Source of the DNA: the human T2T-CHM13v2.0 reference genome, Homo sapiens
Length of the DNA: 64,000 nt
Direction: 5' to 3' (one strand)
NCBI RefSeq assembly: GCF_009914755.1
Contig: NC_060928.1
In this document: piece after piece, positions 33,595-47,402 of the stretch
Layout: each line of letters starts with the position of its first letter
Numbering within the stretch: the stretch's first letter is position 1
Notes under the pieces: generated by a model
What the model was told of the DNA's origin: nothing
What the model saw: the letters and a program-made list of their open reading frames with translations, nothing else
Databases searched by the model: none
Position numbers and translations under genes: made by a program

Positions 33595-34334
33595 CTGAAA
33601 AAAAATTTAATAGATGAGCATAAATATATCTTATACTGAAAATATCCAAGAAGATACCAGATGGATGGTTACAGTAAGCAATGAATAGAAAAATCCTAAT
33701 ACTTTTATTAATTAAACATTAAAAATAGAAACTTAAAAAGGAATTCTTAAATCTAGCCTGCCTAATAAAAATGTAAATTTACTTGCCAAAATTAAAGTAA
33801 AATAAACACAAGTATGAACTTTAGGATCATATTCTTTAAAAAATAGCTTTCATGATATAGATCAAATATATTCAATTTAATCCTGAAAATCAAATTGCTT
33901 ATAAGAATGAGAGCAATGATTACCTGTTTTCCTAAGCAGCAGAACTATTCCTGCTTTATTGTTGTAAGTGAACATTGTTTTACTTATTCTACAAAATGAG
34001 ACTGCTTATTTCATCTTTAATAGATTACAATTAAGTTAGAAGGCTTCCTCTTTCATCATTTATGGTTCTTTATATGAACTGCAGTCATAGTAACATTTTT
34101 AATCAACATGAACCCACATGGATATTAATAAATATAATAATTAATTCTAAACTAAATGAAATATAAGTGCCATATATTTGTTGGACAAGTAATGCCTTAA
34201 ACAATTAGCTAACTATCTCAGTGAAAACTTTTTTAAACTCATTTTCCTCAAATTATAACATATTCCTTTGAAATCTATTCACCTAGATTATGTATAAAGA
34301 CAAAAACTTTTTAAGCGTTAATGATTTCCCAGTA

Positions 34335-34585
34335 GGCAGGAAAGTGTTATGGCTAAGCATGTGGACTCTGGCACTAGACTTCCTAGGTTCCAAATATCTG
34401 CTGCTTACTAGCTATGTGACCTTAAGCAAGCCACTTACCCTCTGTGTTCCTGAGTTTTTGCATGTGAAAAGTGAGAAAAATGATAGTACTTATTTTATAA
34501 TATTATTCTGAGGATTAAATTAGTTAAAATGAGTAAAGTACTTAGCTTGGTACCTGTTTCTATAAAAGGGTTAAGTGAATCTTAC
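34335..34585 (+). mobile_element. MIR
   Basis: gcttactagctatgtgaccttaagcaagccacttaccctctgtg core. Confidence 0.85.
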
Positions 34586-35984
34586 TATTCTAGAAAAGCT
34601 AATTTCAATGCAAAAACAAAGCCTGACCAATCAGGGTTTGAGCTAACAGGGAAGTATTTTAAAGTTTCAAATAAGTCAAACAAATTTGGATGCTGAGAAA
34701 GCATACTTTTGAAGTCCCTCTAGGAGCCATATTTTAGAAAACACATTTTTTCTTGTTCCTTACATCCATATTATCACCCTCAAGCATATGCTAACAACAT
34801 TATCTTCCACTTCCAAAGAATCACAAAATATGGTAAGATCATGACTAGGGGAGGGGATTCTTACATGAAAACCCCACTTCTGGTTTGAGTCCCATGTTAA
34901 ACATGAAATGTCATGATAGGTAAGTCATCAAAGAAATGCTGGACACCATTTTCTTTTTGTCTGCATCAAGAGTATATACAGTAAAACTAGGCTGAAAATA
35001 AGCAACAGAGGCAATATTTCCATGGATTATTTGTGTATCTTTTGGGGCTGCCTCTATGGTATGTGAAAAGAAACTGGAAGAGATTATAAAAACACAAAGA
35101 GATCCTGTGCATACAATATGCCTAGTGTAAATAGGAAAGCTTTGCGAAGATCTTGATTGTGCCTACTATACACTTTAGTTTTCTTATCAGAAGACATTAT
35201 TGTTCCCATTTCCTGTAACACCCTACGTGGTGTCACCATCTATTTCTTCTTCCAGTGCCTAGACTGGATATAATTGATAAGTTTGGCTACTGCCACACAG
35301 AAACTATTTTTTTTAATAACTTGAAGCAAAGACAAGAAACTGCATCAGTGATCAGTGTTCTTCAACAATAGTTTGTTCACACCTGGAAAAGTTTGTCAAA
35401 CTAGTTCCTTAAATTCCAGTAGATTCACTGCCTCTCTTACCAATCCAATGTATACTACCCTTGTTCATGACCACCTGCTGCTATGTATATTTATTCTTCT
35501 CTGAAACTTATTCCCTTCTTGTCTACTTTACTGATGTTCCCTCCTCTTCCTACTCATCTTAAATTCTAATTTTATCTGACCAAGAGATTAACATTTCAAG
35601 TAAATATCCTAAGCTGATGATTAATAGGACAAATCTGAAACTCTGTCTAATAACAATAATTTAAACAACACCTATATACCATATAGTACCCTAAATGAGC
35701 TGAATACCATTGTCAGGGAAAAATAGTATTTGTAGATGAGATCATCAAATTTGTTGGCGATTCTTTATACATCATAGAAAATAAAGAAGGGACATGAAGA
35801 ATGGATATAATAGACATTTCTCATGGTTTTTTGGTGGTTTTTTTTTTCTCTTTTTGGCTTATTGCATGACTTTTTTCTCATACCAATATTTAAATCCTGT
35901 TCTTGCATTTGGGAAATTCCACATTATACAGCAGAGAATCTGGGTCCCAACACAAAAGCTAAAAATGTCTGGCTCTCATCTTCC

Positions 35985-36150
35985 TGGTCTCATTTTTTAG
36001 CTAGAACATGAATCCTGGTCATAGGCTTAGTGTCCTGACTTCCTCATCTGGAAAACCAAAGCCCTACCCTAAAATAACATAAAGAAGCATAGAATTTGTA
36101 TGATTAATGTGCATAAAATTCTTAAAATGTTTTCTGACACATAAGGAGTA
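35985..36150 (+). mobile_element. Degraded MIR
   Basis: ttcctcatctggaaaa...atgtgcataaaattcttaaaa...ctgacacata. Confidence 0.5.
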
Positions 36151-36555
36151 GCAGTGTTGGCTTTCATTGCTATCATCATTGCCATTGGCATTAATATCTT
36201 TATTAGGTATAGGACTTACGAACCCCTCAGTGATATCTCCCTTGCCTGAAGAGAGATGCTAATGGGATATCAAAACGGAATTCCCTAGTATTTTAAGCTA
36301 CAAACAAATCAAAAGTAGTTAAGTTGTTGAGAATCACATAAAGACAGTGTTCCAGGAAGTTTAAAAAGAATTCACTGGTTTCAACCTACTTCAAAGGAAG
36401 GTGGGTCAGCCTGTTTGTATTTTGGCAAAACCATTTCACATACTTTGTGATTTTATTCATTTCTGTCAAGTCAAAGTCTCTATAAAATTCTACTTGCTCA
36501 ATACCCATGCAATAACTCACTTAAAACTCAAGCCTGACTGACCTGTAACCCCAGA

Positions 36556-36800
36556 GACCAAGAGATTAACATTTCTTGGTCTGATTTCATACAAAATTCA
36601 GAATTTGTATGAAAAGGATTCAGAATTCCCAACTGAATGAAATTGGAAAAACTGTGAATTTGTATGAAATCGTGAGGTTTCAGGAGGTATGAAACCTCCT
36701 GATTTCATACAAATTCAGAATTTTTCCAGAATCAAGAGGTTTCAGGAGGCATGAAACCTCCTAATTTCATACAAATTCAGAATTTTTCAATTTCATTCAA
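36556..36800. repeat. Patchwork of short direct and inverted repeats
   Basis: ~53-bp direct repeats at 36674-36726 and 36736-36788, an inverted copy at 36634-36671, and internal hairpins. Confidence 0.9.
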
Positions 36801-37039
36801 GGCTCACTGCTATTTTGACATATGAAATTTCGTATACTCTCTGATCTCAGACATGTGAAACTGCATGTAGGTTCTGATCTTCAAAAACTTTGGTTACAAA
36901 ACAGCAACAAGTAAACCCCTCAGCCACAGAAAGGAATGGAGCAATGGAGCATTCAATCCCTAAATTGTCTCCCATGTTGTAGCATATTGCAAATAAAGAT
37001 TGACCTCAAGTTTTAGTCTCAGAAAAAAATTTTCCTTTA

Positions 37040-38330
37040 CCATGCAATGGTAAAAGATCCAGACATATTTTTATTTCATATTCATTTTTGAATAATAGTT
37101 TTACTAAATATAGATTTTTTTGCTTGAAATTTTTTACTCTCAGCCTTTTGCATGTCTTTTCACTAATTTCTGACCTCCACTGATTCTGATGAGAAGCCTA
37201 CAATTAGTGATACTGTTTCCACTATATAAGTTTCCTTTTTCTTGTTGCTTTCAAGATGTCACCTTTGTTCTCTTTCACTAGTTTGACTATAATGTATCTA
37301 AGTGTGAATTCTCCTTAAATGTATTCACCTTGGAGTTCACTGAACTTCATGGATTCATGGATATAGTGGTTTTTTTTATTACATTTGGAGAGTTTTCAGC
37401 AATTATATCTTCAAATATTTTTTCTGCTCCTTTCTTTCTCACCTCTCCTTCTGGGTCTTTTATTATCCATATGCTAAAATACTTGACATTGACCCACAGG
37501 TCTCAAACTACTCGTATTGTTCAATCCTGTTCTGTGTTTCTCATATTCAATGATTTCTATTGATCTATCTTTCAGTTAATTAATTATGTCTTCTGCCCTC
37601 TCAAATCTCCTGAGTCAAGTTAGTAAATTTTTTATTTATGTTTTTGTACTTTACAACTCTAGAATTATTTTTGTTCTTTTGTTTCTTTGCTTGCTTCTAT
37701 TATCTATTAAGATTCTCTATTGGCTCACTGCTAGCATGTTTTTCTTTAATTATTTAATCATAAGTTCCATTAATTCTTTGAAAAAAAATTAATAGCTGAT
37801 ATTTACATATCTAATAAGTTTTTTTTTTGAAAAGTGGACATTTTAAGATAAGATAGCAACTCTGGATTTTTTTTCTTTAATGAGATTTGTTGTCCATTTC
37901 ACCTAAGTTTTCAAATTTCAAACTTGTTAATAATGCAAACTGTTTGCCTTTTGCTTTCAGAATCTGTAGAGATGTCCTTATTTTCATTTCTGAAATTTTT
38001 CATTTAAGCCATTTCTCATTTTTTCTTAGTAAGCAACATTATAAGGTGGTTTATTCTATTCGATCTCTTAAGATAGAATAGATCTATCTAAATAAATAGA
38101 ATAGGTTTATCTTTACATTTGAATTTGTCTTTTTCTCCTTAAAGTTATTTATGTCAATATTTGCTTTGCATATATGTGGAGCTGTGCATACAAATTTAAA
38201 TTATCATATTATTCTGGTTAATTAAACATTTTAAAACTATTGACCGACCATGACTATTTACTTCTAAATTGCTTTTTGTTTTAACATATTTTATCTGGAA
38301 TCAAAATAGCTACACCAATGAGTAAGTCTT
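37040..38330 (-). mobile_element. Ancient L1M fragments
   Basis: T-rich; ctgattctgatgagaag, tttggagagttttcagcaattatatcttcaaatattttttctgc, tttatctggaatcaaaatagctacacca. Confidence 0.7.
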
Positions 38331-39006
38331 GATAAACTATTACTGATAAACAGTACATTTTGATAAACCTCTGCATTAAATTTCAGAAATAGTAAAATTT
38401 TAAAATTATTGTTTGAAAGATAACAGAGATTGGTAATAATAGGAGGATTTTTATGCTAAATTCCAAAAAGTAGAAGAGACGTTCCTATGTAAATTGAGAT
38501 TACAAGCTGTGTTCCATTTGCATAGCCATTTACTAAGTCTGGGCAAGGACTAAAGACTGGTATTGTCACAGATTATTCTAAGAGAAAAAGAAAGAATTTG
38601 TGGGGCTTTTGAAAGTCACATAGTACAGCATGACTATGAGAGAATAAAGGCTGAGAGAAGGCAGCCTGAACTTCTGAACCTGAACCTCAGCCTGAACTCA
38701 GAGGAGCCTGAACTCAGCATCACTGATTCTTTACTATGAAGTATTTATTGAATACTGAAGCAGGCAAAAGGATAGAGGTCTGGACTGGAAAGACAGAGTA
38801 AAATCTCCTGTAATCTAGTGATGCCTAGGAGACAAAGTCACACTAGAGCAATGACTGACAACAACTACAAGCTTCTTACTCAAGATAGTTGCCATATTTT
38901 GAATCTAAATGAGATACAAAGCTAAAGTAGAAAACACTGAAGGGTGGAATATACGGGAAAGAAGGGAAAAGGAACTTCAGACTCTCAATCAAAAAACCAG
39001 GAAGGC

Positions 39007-39369
<363 letters not shown>

Positions 39370-40299
39370 TTAGGAGACAAACTCTTACTGGAGAGAAGGG
39401 CCTGCGAAAATATGCAGTAGGTCTAGGTCTAATAGCAAGAGGTATATGAAAGAAATTCTTGCAATACACTAGAGTTAAAATTCTGAGCAATTAAGCCAGA
39501 ACTACTTCCTCTTTCAAGTTATGAAATAAATGTTCTTCCATTTCTGTGCATATATATCTTATAACTTGTTCTAGCTGTTATTTCATAGTTAAGTATATTC
39601 TAGTCTAAAATTTTATTTCAAATTCTTAAATACATAATTTTAAGTCATATAGAACTTCTTTTACAATGAAACTTGTCATTATCATTGAAGTGACTTAAGA
39701 AGACTTCAAACTTTCAATCAAAACTTTCAAGCAAAATCTTTAACCAAATATATATGGTGAAAAAATTTATAGGCTATAAATATAGTTATGTTTGCCTAAA
39801 TATTCAGAAAACTTTGTTTAAGCAATTTGCCAATCTGCTTATCCAAATTACTTAAATTTGGTTCTATAAAGAAGAAAGGCATTTCAGATGATAATCAAAT
39901 TATCTTTGTTTTACATGTTGCAAATTATAATTACTAAGGTCATCCTTGCCATTTTAAGCATCTCTAATATTCATCATTGTAAACATATGCCTCGTAAAAT
40001 ACATGACTTAGAAAGGAATGTGTTATTTTGATAGGAAAAAGTATTTTAATATAGATATAAAATTATAGTATTAATTGTAAGTAGTACGTAAAAATGGAAA
40101 ATACTGACTTTATTTCCATCTTCTCCTGGCACACTGGAAAAGACCATTTAGGCCAATGCTGTTTTATGAAAGGAATTAGAATTGACTGGAAAACATGATA
40201 CTTCAAAGCTCAGTAAAATAATAACAAAAAGTGCTGATAGTCAAAATCACATAGGGAATAACACAACAGACTTAACCTAATTCCTGCAGCATAACATTA

Positions 40300-40910
40300 T
40301 ACCAGTCATATTTGAATCACAAAGTTTCAATTGTGTTCTGGACATTTGCACATCATTATCCTCAGATAGCCTTAAAATAAAACTTATTATCTTCCCTTAC
40401 CTGCAACTACCAAACGATGTGTTCTTTCCTCATTGACTTACAAAAATTCTTTATTTAGCCAAGCCTAAAAATACAAAGCTGGCTTTTACTTTTGTTCACC
40501 TTTCTCTCGCATATCTAAAAATGACCAAGGTTATATCTATTGTAACCTCTCTCACCTTAGACTTTTCTGTCCTTTACTACCAAAAAGATCCTGGCATGAG
40601 CTCCAAAATACTTATTACGTGGCAGTTGTACTAACTGCTTATTTTAGCTTTAGGTCTTCTAGTCCCCAACCATTTGCATGCTAGTAGCCAATAAACTGTT
40701 GTACTAAAAATGACATAAACTGCTAAAAACCCTCATTGGATCCCCAGTGCCTATGGGAAAAACTTTCAGGAAACTCACCTTGGCATCCAAAGCCTCTTTT
40801 CAATTTGAAGGCAAATTTACAACTGTAAAAGCCAGTTCAAGTAGTATCTCTTTCATTAAGCATTCTTGAGAACCCTAGCTAGAAGTGATATCTTACTCTT
40901 CTGAATTATT
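40300..40910 (+). mobile_element. Highly degraded L2
   Basis: ctcattggatccccagtgcctatggg...ccttggcatccaaagcc...gttcaagtagtatctctttcattaagcattctt. Confidence 0.5.
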
Positions 40911-41277
40911 TTATTATTCATTATTTGCATAAATACATAAACATAAATAGCACACTGAACAAATATACCATATATATTTGAAATTTACTACTTTGCTTAC
41001 ATAAGGGCAAGAAAAAGATAAAGCTGTCCGATGAGAAGGAAGACAAAATTTCCTCAGATAAGATTCAATTTACCCTTCAAATTTATCGAGTAATTTTTCC
41101 ACTATTCTCTCAAATTAGTGAAAAATGACAGTAGGAATCTAGGGGTATACAAGCTCCATAATATCATCAAGTATTTATAGGTCCTTTCATGTTTTTTGCT
41201 GCATCGTATTTAGGTTGTGACCCTCATCCTTATATTCTCTCAAGATATTGACTGTAGCTCCTGTCATAATGTTTTTA

Positions 41278-42997
<1,720 letters not shown>

Positions 42998-43389
42998 GAA
43001 GTAGAGCACAGTAAAAAACTAAGACAAAGAGCAAAAAAAGAAAAAAGAAAAAGAAAACTTAATGTATACTTCTTATGATGTTGTAAATACCAACGTATTA
43101 TTTCCAGAGGTTGAAGTAATTTTACCATTTTTTTTTGTTTTGTTTTTAAAATGTTATACAGAATTTAGCTAAAATTATCTATACTTTATAAATTTTTTCA
43201 TAAGAAGTATCTAGACTTTATAATGATCTGTATATGCACGTCATTATTTATATTTCTGATCCTCCATTAAAATTTTATTTTCTACTTCTTGCAAAAAATA
43301 AAATAAAATAAAGAAGAGAAAGGGTAAAAACCAAAAATTGTTTAACAACTATAAAAGCCTTTTCTGAAGTCTTTTCTGAAAGCCTAATC

Positions 43390-43580
43390 TAGTAACTTCT
43401 ATTTTCTTTGCATTGGTTAAAACTGTGCCAAATAACTACCCTCAAGCTGCAAGGGAACCCCAAAAAAGTAGTTGCTTTACTTGGGCACATTGATATTCTA
43501 AATAAAATTGGGTTCTGTTAGCAAGAAAGAAAGAATGAATGAATACTGGGTAAGAAACTAATAATCTCAGTCATAATAGC
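43390..43580 (-). mobile_element. Old MLT1J/K-like LTR fragment
   Basis: cattggttaaaactgtg...gctgcaagggaa...ttgggcacattg...aaaattgggttctgttagcaagaaagaa. Confidence 0.55.
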
Positions 43581-43719
43581 TCTCTGTTTTTGAGGTCATT
43601 ACAACTGTAAAAAATTAACTCACTTCAGAAACTATGTGTAATATTGAACTATCTTTGTCAAAAGCTTTCTGACCAGGGTTTGTTCATTCACTTTAGTCTC
43701 TAATTCTTGTTAATCCTTT

Positions 43720-43990
43720 GAGTCTCAAATCTTCCCTGAATTCATTAGCTCTTTCAGCTCTGATATGTTCTCAGAATACACAGCTCTTAAGTTTGTAGCA
43801 GTTATTACATTTGCAATTAAACAAGTCTCTAATGACGTGTTTAATATCACCCATCACCATAGGAATGAGAGAGCTCCTTGAGTGTTCAGAAAGCCTCTAT
43901 TTTGCACACCATTGTATCTCCCAGAATGGTAAATGTCTTTGCAAACAGTAAGTGACTGACACATATTTTTAATCAATGAATGAATATGTC
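43720..43990 (+). mobile_element. L2 3' end
   Basis: gagctccttgag...caccattgtatctcccagaa...aatcaatgaatgaat. Confidence 0.7.
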
Positions 43991-45638
43991 AGTTATAAGT
44001 GCATGAATGAGTCTAACAGTATCTGTCTACCTTGAGGCTTTCTTTTTGTTTAGCCTTGTTGTTAAGTTCTTCCATGACAGTAGGGCTGACACTATGCCTT
44101 GAAAGTATTTTCAACCCATACAATGCTTAAATTTACCTCACATGTAATCAGTTCTATATTCTTTATTTAGCAAAGCCTAAAAATACAAAGCTGGCTTTTA
44201 CTTTTGTTCACCTTTCTGTGTTGTATAAATATTTTTCAAATATTGCTTTTGCTAAAGATGTTCCTGTTTCTAATAAAGGTGGATACAATTTATAATCTCA
44301 GAAACGATATAGAAGTAGAAATATGTCCATTAAAACCTTGATCAAGTACTAACTTTCACAAAATCATTACAGAGTGTCTCCAGGTAGTTAAATTTGATTA
44401 ATATTTAATGTGAGATGCATTTTCTTCTCTTTGCTATCAAAAAGTAGACTTTGACTTTTAATGCTTAAGTTTTCATGACCACTTTTGACATTAGTTTTAT
44501 AGAAAAAAATGTGTATCTCAGCATATTAAAGTAAAATACAAGAACAGAAATGGCCTGTATAACCTTTCTCTTCCAGCAAATGCTAATGCTACTGAGGCAG
44601 AGAATAAGCAGATTATCTCCAATTATAATAGCTCTAATTGACATAATATCCATTCTTCAGAGTTCTACTTTTAGTCTAAAAGTTAATTCTTTTGCAATGT
44701 TGAATGTAAAGACAGAGAAATTCTTTAAAAAGGACATAATTGCTCCTAGTACCAGTTGAACAGATTTGGATATGGCATTAAAAATCACCTTGATAAACTT
44801 GAAGTAAATTTTGAACATGAGTTGTGAGAGATGTGTGAATTTAAATAGCAGAGTTAGGAAAATTATTCATTAACCCTAGAGAAATGTCTACAAGTAGGAT
44901 TCCAATCAATTTATGTTCATACTTTTTAAAATCAAATGAATCTTAACGTCATCTACTTTGGTTCAGTATGGCAAGAACTATCCCTTGTATATAAATAGGG
45001 ACCATTTTAAGGTAGTGCTACTAAAATACCACAGAACTTGAAGTCAGAATTGCTGGGTTATATTTATAGCCTTATTATTAACTTTAAGAGGCCCTCAAGA
45101 ACCTCACCTGCTCATTTACACCCCTCACCATGAAGTATGTGGAAGGACACTGTGCACAAGGCATTTCTCTGTATTCTTTATCCTGTGAGATTGTCAGTGA
45201 GACGAATTGTAGAACTATTCATATTTGGAAGCTGCCTCCAAAATAGTAAGGGTAATGGTGGGCAGGATGATCCAGCCTTGCTTTTCTAAGTTATAAATAT
45301 CTCAGCATCCCATTACCTACTTCAAAAACAATTATGTAGTTATATTGAGACTGAGAATAATAATGGTGATAACAGGGAGAAATACACTATGCAAAAGGTA
45401 AAGAGAAAGGAGAAAAATCAAGATGAGTAAGACAAGGTATGGAACAAGAAGAAAGGAACATTGTCTAGACAGAGACATATAGATCCCCAATAATATTTAC
45501 CATACTCCCAAGGTAACTATGTTTTCCATGTTATGACACATAGATTGTAGATCTCAATAGAAAAAGGCAAATTGCACATTTGAATTGTAGGAAATCTAAT
45601 TATTCTACATTAATGTTCCTATAAATTAACATATTTTC

Positions 45639-45934
45639 TTTTTTTTTTTTTTTTTTTTTTTTTGAGACAGAGTCTCACTCTGTCACCCAGGCTAGAGTGC
45701 AGTGGAGCGATCTCGGCTCACTGCAAGCTCTGCCTCCCGGGTTCACGCCATTCCCCTGCCTCATCCTCCTGAGTAGCTGGGACCACAGGCACCCGCCACC
45801 GCGCCCAGCTAATTTTTTGTATTTTTTTAGTACAGACGGGGTTTCACCGTGGTCTAGATCTCCTGGCCTCGTGATCCGCCCACCTTGGCCTCCCAAAGTG
45901 CTGGGATTACAGGCGTGAGTCACCGCGCCCCGCC
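45639..45934 (-). mobile_element. AluY with the 12-bp left-arm deletion (AluYd-type)
   Basis: gtttcaccgt^ggtct lacks gttagccaggat (compare the AluY at 20095-20118); TSD aaattaacatattttct / aaataaatatattttct. Confidence 0.9.
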
Positions 45935-46033
45935 AAATAAATATATTTTCTAATGAATGAAATATATTTTCAATACTCCCATCTGTTGCCAGATTTATAG
46001 TGCTTATGTGACACCAAAAAATTGTGATAGTTC

Positions 46034-46102
46034 ATGTATACGTATGTAACAAACCTGCACATTCTGCACATGTATCCCAGAACTGAAAGTAAAATAAAAA
46101 AA
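46034..46102 (+). mobile_element. ~70-bp L1PA 3' tip
   Basis: catgtatacgtatgtaacaaacctgcacattctgcacatgtatcccagaactgaaagtaaaataaaaaaa. Confidence 0.85.
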
Positions 46103-46450
46103 TTTTAAAAGAATATTGAAAAAACAGAATTGTGCAAATTAGCTTACATTTCATGTCAAATTCAATAGCACATTTTTTAGTGACACTAAATGTTTCTTGA
46201 TTAAATAAACAAAAAAAGAATAAAACATTCAATAAAAAGGCTCCAAGGGCACTATTACTATTTCTCAGCATCACACATTTAAAAGCTATAATTATCTAAA
46301 AACATCCAAAATACTTTTAACTTCATACGAATCAAAAAGAGATCATCTAAAAAAATTGTGAATATCCTTACTTCTTCCTTCCCTTCTCTTGAAGAATTTG
46401 GTAGGCTGTTTCCCCTGTTGTATAAACAAAATGCTACGGAAGTGATACTG

Positions 46451-46789
<339 letters not shown>

Positions 46790-46874
46790 TAAATGATACT
46801 CTATTTTAGCATCCGTCTATCAGCCTAACAACAAACATTTATAGTCTTTCCTATGCACTGGAGTTAATGTCTAC

Positions 46875-47112
46875 CAGTAGTAAAGGTTATGGCCTCTGAA
46901 GCTGTGTTGCTGGGGTCAAGCCCCAAGTCAGCTTTTTTGCTGGCTATATAACCATATAACCATGGTCAAATTATATTTCTCAATTTTCTCATCTGTAAAA
47001 TGAGTCTAATAATAATAATAGTTCCTACCTTCTTGGGTTGTAAAGATTAAATGAGTTAAAATATGTATAACACAAGGCACATAGATAAGCACTACTTAAA
47101 CTTTAGTTATTA
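46875..47112 (+). mobile_element. MIR
   Basis: caattttctcatctgtaaaatgag...aaagattaaatgagttaa. Confidence 0.8.
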
Positions 47113-47402
47113 TTAAATAATAACAATATAATATAATGTATCATATATAATATATATAATTTATATATTATTTATAATTATTATACCTCATTTATTTAGT
47201 TCTTTTTTTACACTAGCAAATATTCATTCAATAAAAAGTATTTTTAAAAACATGGGGATCGGGAATAAAACAGACATGAGAAACATAGCAAAATACAAAA
47301 TGGCAGGTATCAAGGTATCAATTCTACCATATCAATAATGACATTACATGTGAATGTATGTCCATTCAATCCAAACAAAAGGCAGGTACCAATTTTATTA
47401 GA

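Noticed and set aside
36580-36800. Repeat-spacer appearance resembling a CRISPR array
   Set aside because: Primate DNA, mixed orientations, no unique regular spacers and no cas genes.
44550-44830. 69-aa ORF and a + strand acceptor-like ctttctcttccag
   Set aside because: No recognisable protein or matching donor; could be an ancient LINE relic but I cannot support a call.
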